From: a virus
Reading direction: 5' to 3' (one strand)
DNA length: 64,000 bases
IMG/VR virus record: IMGVR_UViG_3300020448_000002
Location: 1 to 64,000 of that record
The notes below the pieces were generated by a model, which saw only the letters and a program-made list of their open reading frames with translations, ran no database searches and was not told where the DNA came from. The position numbers were made by a program, and so were the translations under genes. Below are positions 48,554-59,300 of this stretch, piece by piece. Positions within the stretch are counted from its first letter, which is position 1; each line of letters starts with the position of its first letter.

Positions 48554-50497
48554 TATAATATAAGCAACAGAGAACTAAATGTTATCAACAGCAACTTACA
48601 CCACACCAGTTAACAGAATCAAGCAGAAAGTCCTATTTGACTTTAACCTTGATGCACTTTCAAGCATATGTCACGACTGGGAAGATTTTGTTATCGAAAT
48701 CTCAGAGTGGGGAATCTACAAGTTAGCAGGAGTTGACTTTGATACTTTAACTACTGAAGACATTGCTAGACTAGACCAGTTTATTAAAAATCAAAACGGA
48801 GGAGAATAAAAATGAGTTGCATTCAAAACGAGACAATCCTAGAAAATCTTTATGATGAAGTATGGGAAGAGTATAGGATTAAAAACAATCTTACTTCAGA
48901 TCAACTTGATGCTATCGATCAAAATTCTGAATTGGGTTATCTACCAGAAATTGCAGATGAAGCACAGAGACGTTTTGAGGACTTAATTCAATGAATCGAG
49001 ACCTCTATCAAGAGATCGTAAAAGTTTACGAATCTACTGACGAAATCGAATCGACTGTAGCATTTGAATTTGGACTTAAAAACGATCTTTATTATTCACT
49101 TTTTCATTCCTATCAGGAGGACTAACCAAAATGACCAGAGCAGAATATGAGTTATTATACTCAGCATTTAAAAGTTATAGACCATTTATGACGGATGCAG
49201 AGGAAGTGATGAGCGAGAAAATTCTTGATGACATTTTCTATCCATCCTTTGATGCACTTAAAAATGTATCTGAACCAGAGTTGCCAGTAGTATGAAAAAC
49301 TACGATAAGAAAAACTCAAAAGAGAGAACATACAAGTGTTTTGAGCAAATCGGTATAGGAGACACCGTACGATATTTTAAGGAATATGGGCAAATCATCC
49401 TACGTCTAGACGAAACTAGGCAAGTTTATCTCACTAACGATAAACACTATATGCTTCCAATTAACTGGAAGAAAACTAAAGTAATTTCACTTATTAATGA
49501 GGATTAACTAAAATGTGTCAACTTGAATTTATGACTGAAGTCTTGAGTGACTATTGCACAGTTGAAAAATTGCCCTTTATGTCAGCATCCGATATTTTGG
49601 TTATGTATCGCAGTATTCTTACAGAATCTCAAAGGGAGTGGTTACGCAATTATATTGAAATTTGGGATGTAATACAAGAGAATGAAAACCAATCTTATGG
49701 AAGTGTGGATGCTCGCCCGATTTTTTTAACCTCTATATAATGTATGTCAACACATTTTCAATTAATACCTTGGACAGAATTATGTCACGCTATTGACTTG
49801 ATACGATATGAAGAGGACAATAAAGCAACTATGACTTATGCACAGTTACAAAAGTTCCTGGAAACCCTAACACCAGAGCAATTAAATAACGAGGTAGTCA
49901 TATATGATAAGGACGTTGAGGACTATTGCAAAGCGGATGCAAATTTAATAATCAAGAATGACAAGATTTATATAGGGATATAAAAATGACTCTCGACCAT
50001 TACAATTTCATGAAAGGGGAATTAATCGAAGTCAATAACGATATAGGGAGAATAAATTTTATATGCGAAGAATACATAACAGTAACAACAAAGCATGAAA
50101 AGAACGATACATATAAAAAAGGATATAAAGAGACTAACGTATTAGTAAGCAAGGCATATTGGAATCAAATTAAATTTATTACTAGAGAGAAACTTATCAG
50201 AGTAACGAATGAACAGAAACAATAAACCAATACTATTGAAAACGTCCGCAGATAAAATACGATACACTTTTACCGTACTCAAGTATATCATAATAGACAT
50301 ATGGGAGTCAATCAGAATAAACAAATATTATCGAAAATCATTAGAGGATGATTCAATATCGAAACCAAAAGAGGATATTAATTAATATTAAAATAAATTA
50401 GGTAGTGTTGTTGTTATCGTTATTAATATGCGATCTTAATACGGTCTTAGCGTGTAAACATACAACAGTCAAGCATCTCTCACAAATCTTAACAAAC

Positions 50498-50526
50498 TTG
50501 ACAGGCACAGAGATTTATGCCATAAT
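50498..50526 (+). promoter_or_regulatory. sigma70-type promoter
   Basis: TTGACA-17 nt-CATAAT with extended TG. Confidence 0.65.
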
Positions 50527-50717
50527 GGAGTATATTAGAAGTATGCCCAGTTGCCTATGATTTTACCAGGAAAGTTTAAAACACTTGCCGATGGTTATCC
50601 AAATTTAAAAACTACTGAACTAATCGAATATTTTCAATTTCTTTTAGATACGGAACAAGTCACGGAGGAGACTCGGAGACATGTAGATTATTTTTTAATG
50701 GAAGGATTTTTGTACTA

Positions 50718-50776
50718 TGTGCCAGTTGCATAAGTGTCCACTATAGGGTGCACAGTAGGTAACTAAGGCTTATAAT
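50718..50776 (+). promoter_or_regulatory. palindrome-promoter
   Basis: TGTGCCAGT-N6-AGTGTCCAC, 29 nt, TATAAT. Confidence 0.75.
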
Positions 50777-50806
50777 AATAGTATACAAACAAAGGAACAT
50801 TTAAAA

Positions 50807-51037
50807 ATGAATCTTACACCAATCGCTGCTAATCAAACTGAAGTAGAGACAAAGAACGCTAGAGTATTTTTCAGTTATAGAACACCAGTTGCTGCTTATA
50901 TCTTTGGAGAGGGATTTGTAAAAACTTCTACTTGGTATTCAACTACAACTAGCAGACATTTAAACAAGTGGATAGGCAGAGACATTGTAGACACAGTTAA
51001 AGAGGTTCCACAGGAGTTACTTGACAACCTAGTATAA
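50807..51037 (+). CDS. conserved early hypothetical protein
   Basis: FSY.TPVAA, YSTTTSRH.NKW motif. Confidence 0.75.
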   Translation: MNLTPIAANQTEVETKNARVFFSYRTPVAAYIFGEGFVKTSTWYSTTTSRHLNKWIGRDIVDTVKEVPQELLDNLV

Positions 51038-51049
51038 GTATACTATAAT
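51021..51049 (+). promoter_or_regulatory. perfect-consensus sigma70 promoter
   Basis: TTGACA-17 nt-TATAAT. Confidence 0.75.
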
Positions 51050-51053
51050 ACAG

Positions 51054-51075
51054 GGGACAGTTAAGTCCCTTTTTT
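51054..51075 (+). terminator. intrinsic terminator ending the early region
   Basis: GGGAC-AGTTAA-GTCCC followed by T6. Confidence 0.7.
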
Positions 51076-51212
51076 ATTGCCGACAGTTAGCCGTTCTGTC
51101 GGTTATATTAATTCGGCCACTACCCTAACCTACAAAGGTTCCCCAAAGCGTGTGTGATATATAATTCAAAATAAAAAAATCCCCCATATAAAAAATTTCC
51201 CCAGAGGTAAAA

Positions 51213-51422
51213 ATGACAAGACAGGATGATCGTGTATGGTGTATTGAACAGTTGATAAGGAAAGAGGGGTTTTTAGATCCTAGAATGTATGAATGTGCAC
51301 AACAATGTGCTATATCTGGTAGACCTGAGAGTAAGGAATCTCTATATACATCATGGGAGGATTGGAAGAATATGCATCCTCAAGATTTTCCCCTTAACAA
51401 TAGTCAGAGAAATAAACTATGA
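51213..51422 (+). CDS. hypothetical protein
   Basis: ORF track; GAGG SD. Confidence 0.65.
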   Translation: MTRQDDRVWCIEQLIRKEGFLDPRMYECAQQCAISGRPESKESLYTSWEDWKNMHPQDFPLNNSQRNKL

Positions 51423-51580
51423 GTAAAAGATTCACTACACGGTTAGAAGAAGATGACTATGGAGACCTCATCTTAACAATACCGTACGAAGTATGTGAAG
51501 AACTTGGTTGGACAACAGAGTGTGATTTATCATATGATATAACAGAGGATAGTTTTACATTGAAAAAATTAGAAGACTAA
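51419..51580 (+). CDS. AbrB/MazE-like DNA-binding protein (53 aa)
   Basis: Hand-translated MSKRFTTRLEEDDYGDLILTIPYEVCEELGW...L; ATGA overlap with the previous gene. Confidence 0.65.
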   Translation: MSKRFTTRLEEDDYGDLILTIPYEVCEELGWTTECDLSYDITEDSFTLKKLED

Positions 51581-51608
51581 ATAGCCGTGAGGCATTTCTG
51601 AACTTACT

Positions 51609-51863
51609 ATGAGTTTTATTAAAGAACAGGTAAAAAGATTTTTTACTACAGGGAAGTGGGCACTCAAATTGATCTTCCTTGTAGTACTTGTTGAATTGGG
51701 TATAGTTGTTGGTGCTATTGCGACTCAAGAGTTAGATGAGAATGATAGCAATAACATCAAACACATCTTGTCTCTAGTTGCTACAAAGTCCTTTGCTTTA
51801 TATGCAGCAGAGAAAGGTAATGGTAATGATCGGTATGCTAAACTTAAAGAATCTGAAGCTTAA
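51609..51863 (+). CDS. small membrane protein
   Basis: Hydrophobic segment; TAAATA at 51578. Confidence 0.65.
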   Translation: MSFIKEQVKRFFTTGKWALKLIFLVVLVELGIVVGAIATQELDENDSNNIKHILSLVATKSFALYAAEKGNGNDRYAKLKESEA

Positions 51864-51966
51864 GAGACTCTTACAGAGGTCTTTTCCGAATAAAAAGATA
51901 GTGATTACAGATAATAAGGATGGTTCACAGACCATTTCTATTACTTAAATTCCCGCGATCCACATT

Positions 51967-52575
51967 ATGCCGAGAATATTTGAATTATTTCCTACTCCTG
52001 TGTTTGAATCGGGGATTACTCCCTGTGAGGAGTGGGTGCGTTTCGCTTCCGATGTTCCATATGACCGTTATCCACGCGACCCGAACTCGATTTCGATTGA
52101 TAAGAACGTATTAGATAGTATTCCTGTACTAAAAGAAGAGATTACAAACGCTTGTAAGGTGTATGCATACGAGTATTTGGGAGTAATGGAGCACAATGAT
52201 GTTTATATTAGTCGTTCATGGTGTGTAAAACATGTGAAAGGGGACTGGGCGGGACTTCATGCTCATATAAACTCAATATGGAGTGGAATATATTACCTTA
52301 AGTGTGATGATCATAGTGGAAATGTAGTATTTGAGAAGAGTTGGGGACATAATACATGCTTTACTAGTACAATGCAACCTGATCATATGATTAATCATCT
52401 AAATCAGGACGCTTTTTCGTTTACTCCTGTAGATGGTAGTCTGTTAATCTTCCCTTCTCATCTTCAACATAAGGTATTAGAGAGTAATTCTGTAAAAGAT
52501 CGTTATTGTATTGCGTTTGATGTTTACATAAAAGGAGAAATAGGGTATACTAATGGTAATGGTATTACTCTATGA
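51967..52575 (+). CDS. 2OG-Fe(II) oxygenase, TIGR02466-like
   Basis: LFPTP, HAH.NS.WSGIYY, LIFPSHLQH.V, RYCIAFD. Confidence 0.85.
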   Translation: MPRIFELFPTPVFESGITPCEEWVRFASDVPYDRYPRDPNSISIDKNVLDSIPVLKEEITNACKVYAYEYLGVMEHNDVYISRSWCVKHVKGDWAGLHAHINSIWSGIYYLKCDDHSGNVVFEKSWGHNTCFTSTMQPDHMINHLNQDAFSFTPVDGSLLIFPSHLQHKVLESNSVKDRYCIAFDVYIKGEIGYTNGNGITL

Positions 52576-52787
52576 TTAGGGAATGTGGTAAATGTGGTGC
52601 TCGTTGGTTAGATGGGCAACTATATTGGGCAGATGGCAAGATGGCATGTCCTCATGATCTTGCAGGTCTCGTCTGTAATCTCACTGATCTAGTCGAAGAG
52701 GGTAATTGTATTAACCCCTGCAAAGGATCCACAAGTGGTATGACATGGAGACATCGTGAGATACTCCTAGATTACTACGATATATAA
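52572..52787 (+). CDS. Cys-rich hypothetical protein
   Basis: CGKCGARW..., LAGLVCN, CINPC. Confidence 0.7.
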   Translation: MIRECGKCGARWLDGQLYWADGKMACPHDLAGLVCNLTDLVEEGNCINPCKGSTSGMTWRHREILLDYYDI

Positions 52788-52798
52788 AAATAAACACT

Positions 52799-53014
52799 AT
52801 GGTTAACCTTAGAGATAAAATTCTCGCTTCTCAAATTAGTTACTATCAAGGATTAATTTGTAAACACCAACAAAATGTTGAGATCTATCTCAATCAACCT
52901 GTAGGTATTGGTGAGCATCCTGATGTAATGGGTGCAATAGACCAAGAAATTGCGGCTATCGCTCAAAATCATGAAAAGATTGACATTATCAATCACTATT
53001 TCTTAAATGCCTAA
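52799..53014 (+). CDS. conserved hypothetical phage protein
   Basis: NVEIYL..PVGIGEHPD. Confidence 0.75.
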   Translation: MVNLRDKILASQISYYQGLICKHQQNVEIYLNQPVGIGEHPDVMGAIDQEIAAIAQNHEKIDIINHYFLNA

Positions 53015-53273
53015 GTACGAACTAGAAGGAGCATACGACGAACACTGGAGAGAACAATGGAAGTTCAACCAGACTGTTGGTGGTGCTTTGGAAGAGATCG
53101 CAAATAGACTTACAGAACTAGAAAAAACAGTCTCAGAACTGCCTACAAGTGACAAAACCTACTATAAAGCATACGGTTATAAGGATTATGACACCTTATA
53201 TGGCACTCTAGACACTATTTTTAAGCGTTTAGACGATTTAGAAGGCAAAAAACGCACTTTTGGTAAACTTTAA
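53007..53273 (+). CDS. hypothetical protein
   Basis: ORF track; overlaps the previous gene. Confidence 0.65.
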   Translation: MPKYELEGAYDEHWREQWKFNQTVGGALEEIANRLTELEKTVSELPTSDKTYYKAYGYKDYDTLYGTLDTIFKRLDDLEGKKRTFGKL

Positions 53274-53283
53274 CCCTATTTTT

Positions 53284-53388
53284 ATGAAAAAACCTAAAAA
53301 AACACGTCAAGGTAACGGATTATGCACAAAAATTGCTGCTACATCACGAAATAAAGCAAAAAAACGTTATCGTGGTCAAGGTAAGTGA
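53284..53388 (+). CDS. small basic protein (34 aa)
   Basis: MKKPKKTRQGNG...KKRYRGQGK; hand-translated. Confidence 0.6.
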   Translation: MKKPKKTRQGNGLCTKIAATSRNKAKKRYRGQGK

Positions 53389-53579
53389 GTGACGCAATAA
53401 ATGAGGCTTGGAGTGAATCTAGGATCAACAAACCAAAAAAATATCCGATGCCATTATGGTTAACGGATGAAGAATTTGATAAAATGGTGGAATCTTTATG
53501 GATCAGAAGAAATTCAGATGATCTATGCAAAAAATTATGGACAAGAATGAGTGCAATAAAAGGTTGTTTGCCTGACTAA
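53385..53579 (+). CDS. hypothetical protein
   Basis: ORF track; GTGA overlap. Confidence 0.55.
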   Translation: MSDAINEAWSESRINKPKKYPMPLWLTDEEFDKMVESLWIRRNSDDLCKKLWTRMSAIKGCLPD

Positions 53580-53603
53580 ATATAATTAGTTAGATTATGG
53601 ATC

Positions 53604-53942
53604 GTGACTTATCAGGCATTACCTCAAGGATTGTACATTAAAGACTCTCCTGTAGCAGGGCAAGGCATATTTACTAGTAAATTCCTTGAAGTTGGCACAG
53701 AATTAGGTATGTCTCACATAGTTATCGCAGATGAGATCATTAGAACTCCTCTTGGAGGGTTTATTAACCATAATGATTTTCCAAACTGTGAAAAATTATG
53801 TCCAAGGGTGGAAAAAATGTATAATTTGACCAAAACCCATTATAAGTCAATAAAGAAATATTATGTAAAGGTTATTAAACCTATTGGTGAAGGTGAAGAA
53901 TTATTTTTGAATTACACTTTCTATAAGGTAAATGGCAATTAA
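53604..53942 (+). CDS. SET-domain protein
   Basis: S...GQGIF, GGFINH...PNC, I..GEELFLNY. Confidence 0.82.
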   Translation: MTYQALPQGLYIKDSPVAGQGIFTSKFLEVGTELGMSHIVIADEIIRTPLGGFINHNDFPNCEKLCPRVEKMYNLTKTHYKSIKKYYVKVIKPIGEGEELFLNYTFYKVNGN

Positions 53943-54351
53943 AGAGGTAAGAGGTAATAAAGATAACCTTTCACGTGGTTTTAAAGACGTTGGTATGAGT
54001 TTTTTACTCAATGTCTTTACAAAAGATGCTGCGGTGGTGAAGAATGAGAATGCCATTAAACAATCTATCAAGAATTTAGTACTAACACAAAAGGGGGAAA
54101 AGTTGTTTCAACCTGAGCTAGGGTCTGGTGTATATGAATTACTCTTTGAACCTATGGATCCGTTTACAGCAGATTCTATTAGGGATGAGATAATAAATAC
54201 TCTTGGACAGTATGAACCTCGAATTAGTATTCTAGAGGTAGATGTGGAACCTAATGAAGACACTAACACGTTTGATGTTACGGTTGAATATAGAATTGTA
54301 GGACAACCTATAGTGGAAACAGTCAACTTCATCTTGCAGAGACCCGAATAA
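53932..54351 (+). CDS. gp25: baseplate wedge protein gp25
   Basis: AIKQSIKNLVLT..GE..FQPELGS....LLFE, YEPRI. Confidence 0.93.
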   Translation: MAIKEVRGNKDNLSRGFKDVGMSFLLNVFTKDAAVVKNENAIKQSIKNLVLTQKGEKLFQPELGSGVYELLFEPMDPFTADSIRDEIINTLGQYEPRISILEVDVEPNEDTNTFDVTVEYRIVGQPIVETVNFILQRPE

Positions 54352-56378
54352 TGCAACCAAATAATTTAACAGCATTAGATTTTGGTGATATTAAGGCATC
54401 AATCAAATCATATCTAAGAACTAGGACAGAGTTTACCGATTATGACTTTGAAGGTGCTGCTTTATCATATCTAATAGACACATTAGCATATAATACCTAT
54501 TATACTGCCTTCAACGCTAATATGGCGATGAATGAGGCATTCTTACCATCCGCTACAGTAAGAGATAACGTTGTTAATATAGCAAAACTACTAAACTATG
54601 TTCCGACCTCTATAGTTGCTTCTAGGGCAACTGTATCGTTGGTAGTTCAATGTCAGCAAACAAGTGATGTATATCCAAGTACAGTAACCTTGAAAAAGGG
54701 TGCAATACTACAGGGTGGTTCCTTTATGTGGAACATTCTAGCAGATACTACAGTTTCTGTCGATCCAACAACAGGAATTGCAAACTTTAACAGTTTAGTT
54801 GTCAAACAGGGAACAATTCTTAACTTCTCATACGTAGTTAATACATTTGCTTCTCAAATTTACAAGATTCCTTCAGAAAATTGCGATATATCAACTTTAT
54901 CAGTTAATGTAAAAGCAACCGAGACATCCACAACCTCTGATTTATACACTAGAGTTGATACTATCAGTAATCTTACCGCTACATCACGTATTTACTTCAT
55001 CTCAGAAGGTGAGGACATGCGTTATGAGTTGAAATTTGGAGATGATAGTATTGGTAGAGCATTAAGTGATGGTGAGGTTGTAACACTAGAGTATCTTGTT
55101 ACTGACGGTGAACCTGCTAATGATGTCAATATATTCAACTTCATTGGTAGACTATCAGATAGTGCAGGTAGATCATATACTTCACAAGCGGTAACTATGA
55201 CTTTGAATGAGAAGTCAGGTTATGGAGAGAGTGCTGAGTCTATAGAATCTATTAAATATAATGCTCCTAGGTATTATTCCTCACAGTATAGAGCAGTAAC
55301 TGCTCAAGATTACGCAATCATCACTAAAAAAGTGTATGATAACGCACATTCCGTAGTTGCGTATGGTGGAGATTCACTAAATCCTCCAATTTACGGTAAA
55401 GTTTACATTGCTATTAAGACAAAGACAGGATCTTTGCTTAATGATCAAACTAAAAAGAGTATTGCTGCGGATTTACGCGGTTATGCGATGGCATCTATCG
55501 ACCCTGTGGTCATTGATCCAGAAAATGTATACATCTATCCTAAAGTTTTTGTACAATATGACACGGGATGCGGAAGTGATACATCAACTATTAAGACAAA
55601 TGTATCATCTGCAATAGAAGATTGGGCAACACAGACAGAAATAAACAACTTTAACTCAACATTTAGATCATCTGCATTTGAAAAGGCAATTACACTAGCA
55701 GACAAGTGTGTTAGTGACGTTTCACTTCAAACTACAGTATTACGATATATTCTACCTACTACCAATCAAACTAATACTTATAGCATCTCTACTGGATCCG
55801 CACTCTATAATAGTGCTCCTTCTAAAGACGGTAGTGATGGAACTAATCCAAAAGAACCAATTCTCCTATCAGGATCATTTAGAACATCAGATAGACCAGG
55901 TGTTGATCAACAGTTTGAAGATGATGGATACGGAAACTTGAGAACTTACTACAATACAGGAACAAGAAAGATCTATACTAATAATGCTGCAGGAACTTGT
56001 AACTATGATACTGGTGAAATTGCTTTTGGACCTGTTGCAATTATCGGTGCGGGTGCAAACTTCTCAACAACTGGTGTAAATATTACTAATACTTCTACAG
56101 GAGCAGGGTCTGTAACTGATTCAACATTACTTCCTGTAGATTTACAAATTCCCGTTCAATTTATTCCAGCGAACTCAAATAGCATTCCTGCCTCAACTCC
56201 TGGTACAATTATTAATATTGTGTTACCAGAAATCACAGTTGCACCTGTAGGAACCGCACCACCTCCCACTATACCACTAAATAGTTTGACACCGACTATT
56301 TTTGACCAGACACCATCAACTGTGGCAATCACAACAAGTCTGGGCAGCACAACTAACTTAAATACTACCTCTTATTAG
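54351..56378 (+). CDS. gp6: baseplate wedge protein gp6
   Basis: LDF.DIK, DYDFEG, LAYNTYY, ESIESIK.NAP, RAVTAQDY. Confidence 0.93.
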   Translation: MQPNNLTALDFGDIKASIKSYLRTRTEFTDYDFEGAALSYLIDTLAYNTYYTAFNANMAMNEAFLPSATVRDNVVNIAKLLNYVPTSIVASRATVSLVVQCQQTSDVYPSTVTLKKGAILQGGSFMWNILADTTVSVDPTTGIANFNSLVVKQGTILNFSYVVNTFASQIYKIPSENCDISTLSVNVKATETSTTSDLYTRVDTISNLTATSRIYFISEGEDMRYELKFGDDSIGRALSDGEVVTLEYLVTDGEPANDVNIFNFIGRLSDSAGRSYTSQAVTMTLNEKSGYGESAESIESIKYNAPRYYSSQYRAVTAQDYAIITKKVYDNAHSVVAYGGDSLNPPIYGKVYIAIKTKTGSLLNDQTKKSIAADLRGYAMASIDPVVIDPENVYIYPKVFVQYDTGCGSDTSTIKTNVSSAIEDWATQTEINNFNSTFRSSAFEKAITLADKCVSDVSLQTTVLRYILPTTNQTNTYSISTGSALYNSAPSKDGSDGTNPKEPILLSGSFRTSDRPGVDQQFEDDGYGNLRTYYNTGTRKIYTNNAAGTCNYDTGEIAFGPVAIIGAGANFSTTGVNITNTSTGAGSVTDSTLLPVDLQIPVQFIPANSNSIPASTPGTIINIVLPEITVAPVGTAPPPTIPLNSLTPTIFDQTPSTVAITTSLGSTTNLNTTSY

Positions 56379-56383
56379 AGTAG

Positions 56384-59300
56384 ATGACGAATATTAACAA
56401 GGTATCACAAGCGGTTGTCTCACAGACACCAGATTTCGTAGAGTCAGATTATCCACTCTTCAACCGTTTCCTTGAGTACTATTATGCATCTCAGGAGAAA
56501 ACGGGTTTAGGACAGAATATATTAAACAATTTTCTAGGATATCTTGACATTGATAAACTAGATATTAGTATTTTAGATGGTGCAACAAAGGTTAGAGAAG
56601 CAATAACTGCAACTAGTGATAGAATTGTTGTAGAGAGTGTAGATAGTTTTCTAGAGAAGAATGGAACAATATTAGTTGATGGTGAAGTAATATTCTATGA
56701 AAGCACAACATCCTCACCAAACATTGCACTAACACCTGGTGTTAACTACGATCAGGTAAAATTAAAGTGGGATGAACTAGCAAGTCCTTTAACAAGTTTT
56801 GACGGAACTACATCAAGGTTCCCATTAACCTCTCAATCTAATCCCGTAGGTCCTCCATCTGCACAACATTTGATTGTAAGGGTATATGGTGATTGGTTAC
56901 TTCCTAATGTTGATTATACTATTGATGGTGATCATATTGTATTCACTAATCCTCCAAGAGCAAGAGTTGTTGCTGATGATGCATCATATACTTACATTAC
57001 ATACCTAAACGGTTTTGTTGAGAACCAAATCGTTGCTATGGATAATATCTCTGGTGCGTTTGGTGAAAATAAGAGACAATTTACTATTACGCGGAATGGA
57101 GTAAGATATGAACCTACTGTAGATGAATATTGTCTTGCGATATATGATAATAAGTTAATGATACCTAAAGTTGACTTCTTTATTGATGGTGATCAGTTTA
57201 TTTTCAATACTGCTCCATTAAACGGAAGAATACTTTCTTTCTATGTTATTGAAGCACCTATCCCTTCATTTGGTAAAGATGCTGTTGGATTTGCTCAAGT
57301 TGATGATGCAGGTACACTTACTGGTATTACTGTTAATAATACAGGTTCTCAATATAGATTCCAGTATCCTCCGCAAGTATCTGTTAACTCTGATACTGGA
57401 TCGGGTGCATCTGCAACTGCTCTTGTAAATGGTGTTAAAACTCTTTCTCTACTAAACGGTGGTTTTGGTTATAGTGAAACTAATCCTCCAGTAGTTCAAG
57501 TTGAATCTCCAACTTTAGATGGTTCTCAACAAGCAACTTTAAAAGCAACAGTTACTAATGGTGCTGTTTCTTCTCTTGAAATAGTCAATTCTGGGTCAGG
57601 ATATACATTTACACCTAGAATCACTTTCCGACAGCCAGGAGGTTGTACACTGGGCACTGGGCAGATATTAAATGGATCTATTAGTGCAGTTCCTCCTATT
57701 ACTTACGGTGGATTTGGATATACAACTGCTCCTGTAGTTTATGTTGATGAACCTACAGGTGAATCACCAATTAGAGCAAATATTCAAGCAACTGTTCTAA
57801 ATGGGGAAGTTACTGCTCTTACAATCTTAAATGCAGGACAAGGATATACTTCTACACCTAGAATTGCGATTATTGATCCAGTTGGTGCACAAGTTTTAGA
57901 AACTGTTATTGATACTGACGGAAGAGTAACTTCTATTGAACTTTTAGATGGTGGTAATGGATATGAAGACGTTCCCTCAGTTTATATTGTTGATAATAGA
58001 TTAGATGATAGAGGAACATTTATTGGTGGAACTGGTGCTACAGCATCAGCATCGATCTTTAATGGTAGAATTACTGATATTAACGTTACTGAGTTTGGAA
58101 GTGGGTACAGTCAAACTACTCCTCCTACTGTTGTTATTCAAGCACCTCCTTCAGCAGATGCATCTGCAAGTATTGGTGTAAATGAGGTTACTGGATTTAA
58201 TATTAATCAAAACGGATCAGGATATACAAAAGCACAGTTTATTGGATGTGCTAGAGCTGCAAGTGCTATTACTTCTTATACAGAAAGTGGTAATGCTGTA
58301 TTTACTGAAACAACTAGTGCAGTAGCTCATTCACTTGACTCTCCTGTTAAGTGTTTAGATGCATTATTTGTTAAAAGGCTACTTGATAAGTATACTCAAC
58401 AATATCTACCTGATGTTCCTTCATTAGATTATAATACAATCGATGTAAGAACTGCTATCAAGACTATTAAAGACTTTTACAGTTGTAAAGGAACTTCTTA
58501 CAGTATTGCATATCTTTTTAAACTTCTTTATGGTGAGCAAGTCAATATATCATATCCTAAAGATCAAATCATTAAACCATCTGCTGCAACATGGTCTATT
58601 GATACAATTCTTCGTGCAACTATAGTAAGTGGTGATCCTGCTAATATTAGAGACGGTCTTTTAACTCAAGATGCTGATATCGCTGATGAAAACATAAGAG
58701 CAGCAAGTGCACTTGTAGAAAACTTTATTTCAATTAAAACATCACAAACAGAAATATATGAATTAATTCTTTCAGAAGAAACCATTGATGGAACATTTAT
58801 AGTCCCTTATAAGACAAAACTAGCAGAACCTCTTAATCAAACAGAAGGTATTATAACTGTTGACTCTACAATCGGTTGGCCAGAAAGAAACGGTGAATTT
58901 TTGATTGGTAGTTCATCTGATACTGCAGAACTCATTCAATATAAGGAAAAATCACTAAACCAGTTCATTGAGTGTACTAGATCAGTCAATAACGTAGTTG
59001 AGGACTGGGATTCTGCTACTGAAGTAAAATCTAACTTTAAAGTATACGTTAATAAGGGAACTGCTCAAGAAGTAATAATGAATGTTGTTGGTATCGTTGA
59101 TGCTCAACAAACTACTCTTACTGACACTGGTTCTTATTACTTACCTGGCGATAAATTAGCAATTTCTAAATTAGGTGGAACAGATACTAGTTCTGAACTA
59201 ATTACTTGGTTGTATAACGTTAAAAAGTTAATTGCAATCACTGGAATTACATTTGGTGGTATCAATGATCAAGCTGCTACTGTAACTTGTGCAAACCCTC

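Larger units (their letters stand above)
44330..51037 (+). other. early region of more than 25 short co-oriented ORFs in promoter-headed cassettes (e.g. 44396, 44784, 45000, 45645, 45896, 46652, 47310, 47564, 48579, 48812, 49292, 49513, 49744, 49986, 50551)
   Basis: Dense 50-150 aa acidic ORFs with GGAG/AGGA SD sites and repeated palindrome-promoters. Confidence 0.75.

Noticed and set aside
44330-50776. Repeated palindromes as a CRISPR array or integron attC sites
   Set aside because: Spacing is irregular and spans whole genes, copies are degenerate, no cas or integrase gene is visible, and each copy is tied to a -10 box.
51920-52114. 64-aa ORF overlapping the 51967 oxygenase
   Set aside because: Alternate-frame overlap with a well-supported gene and no independent support.
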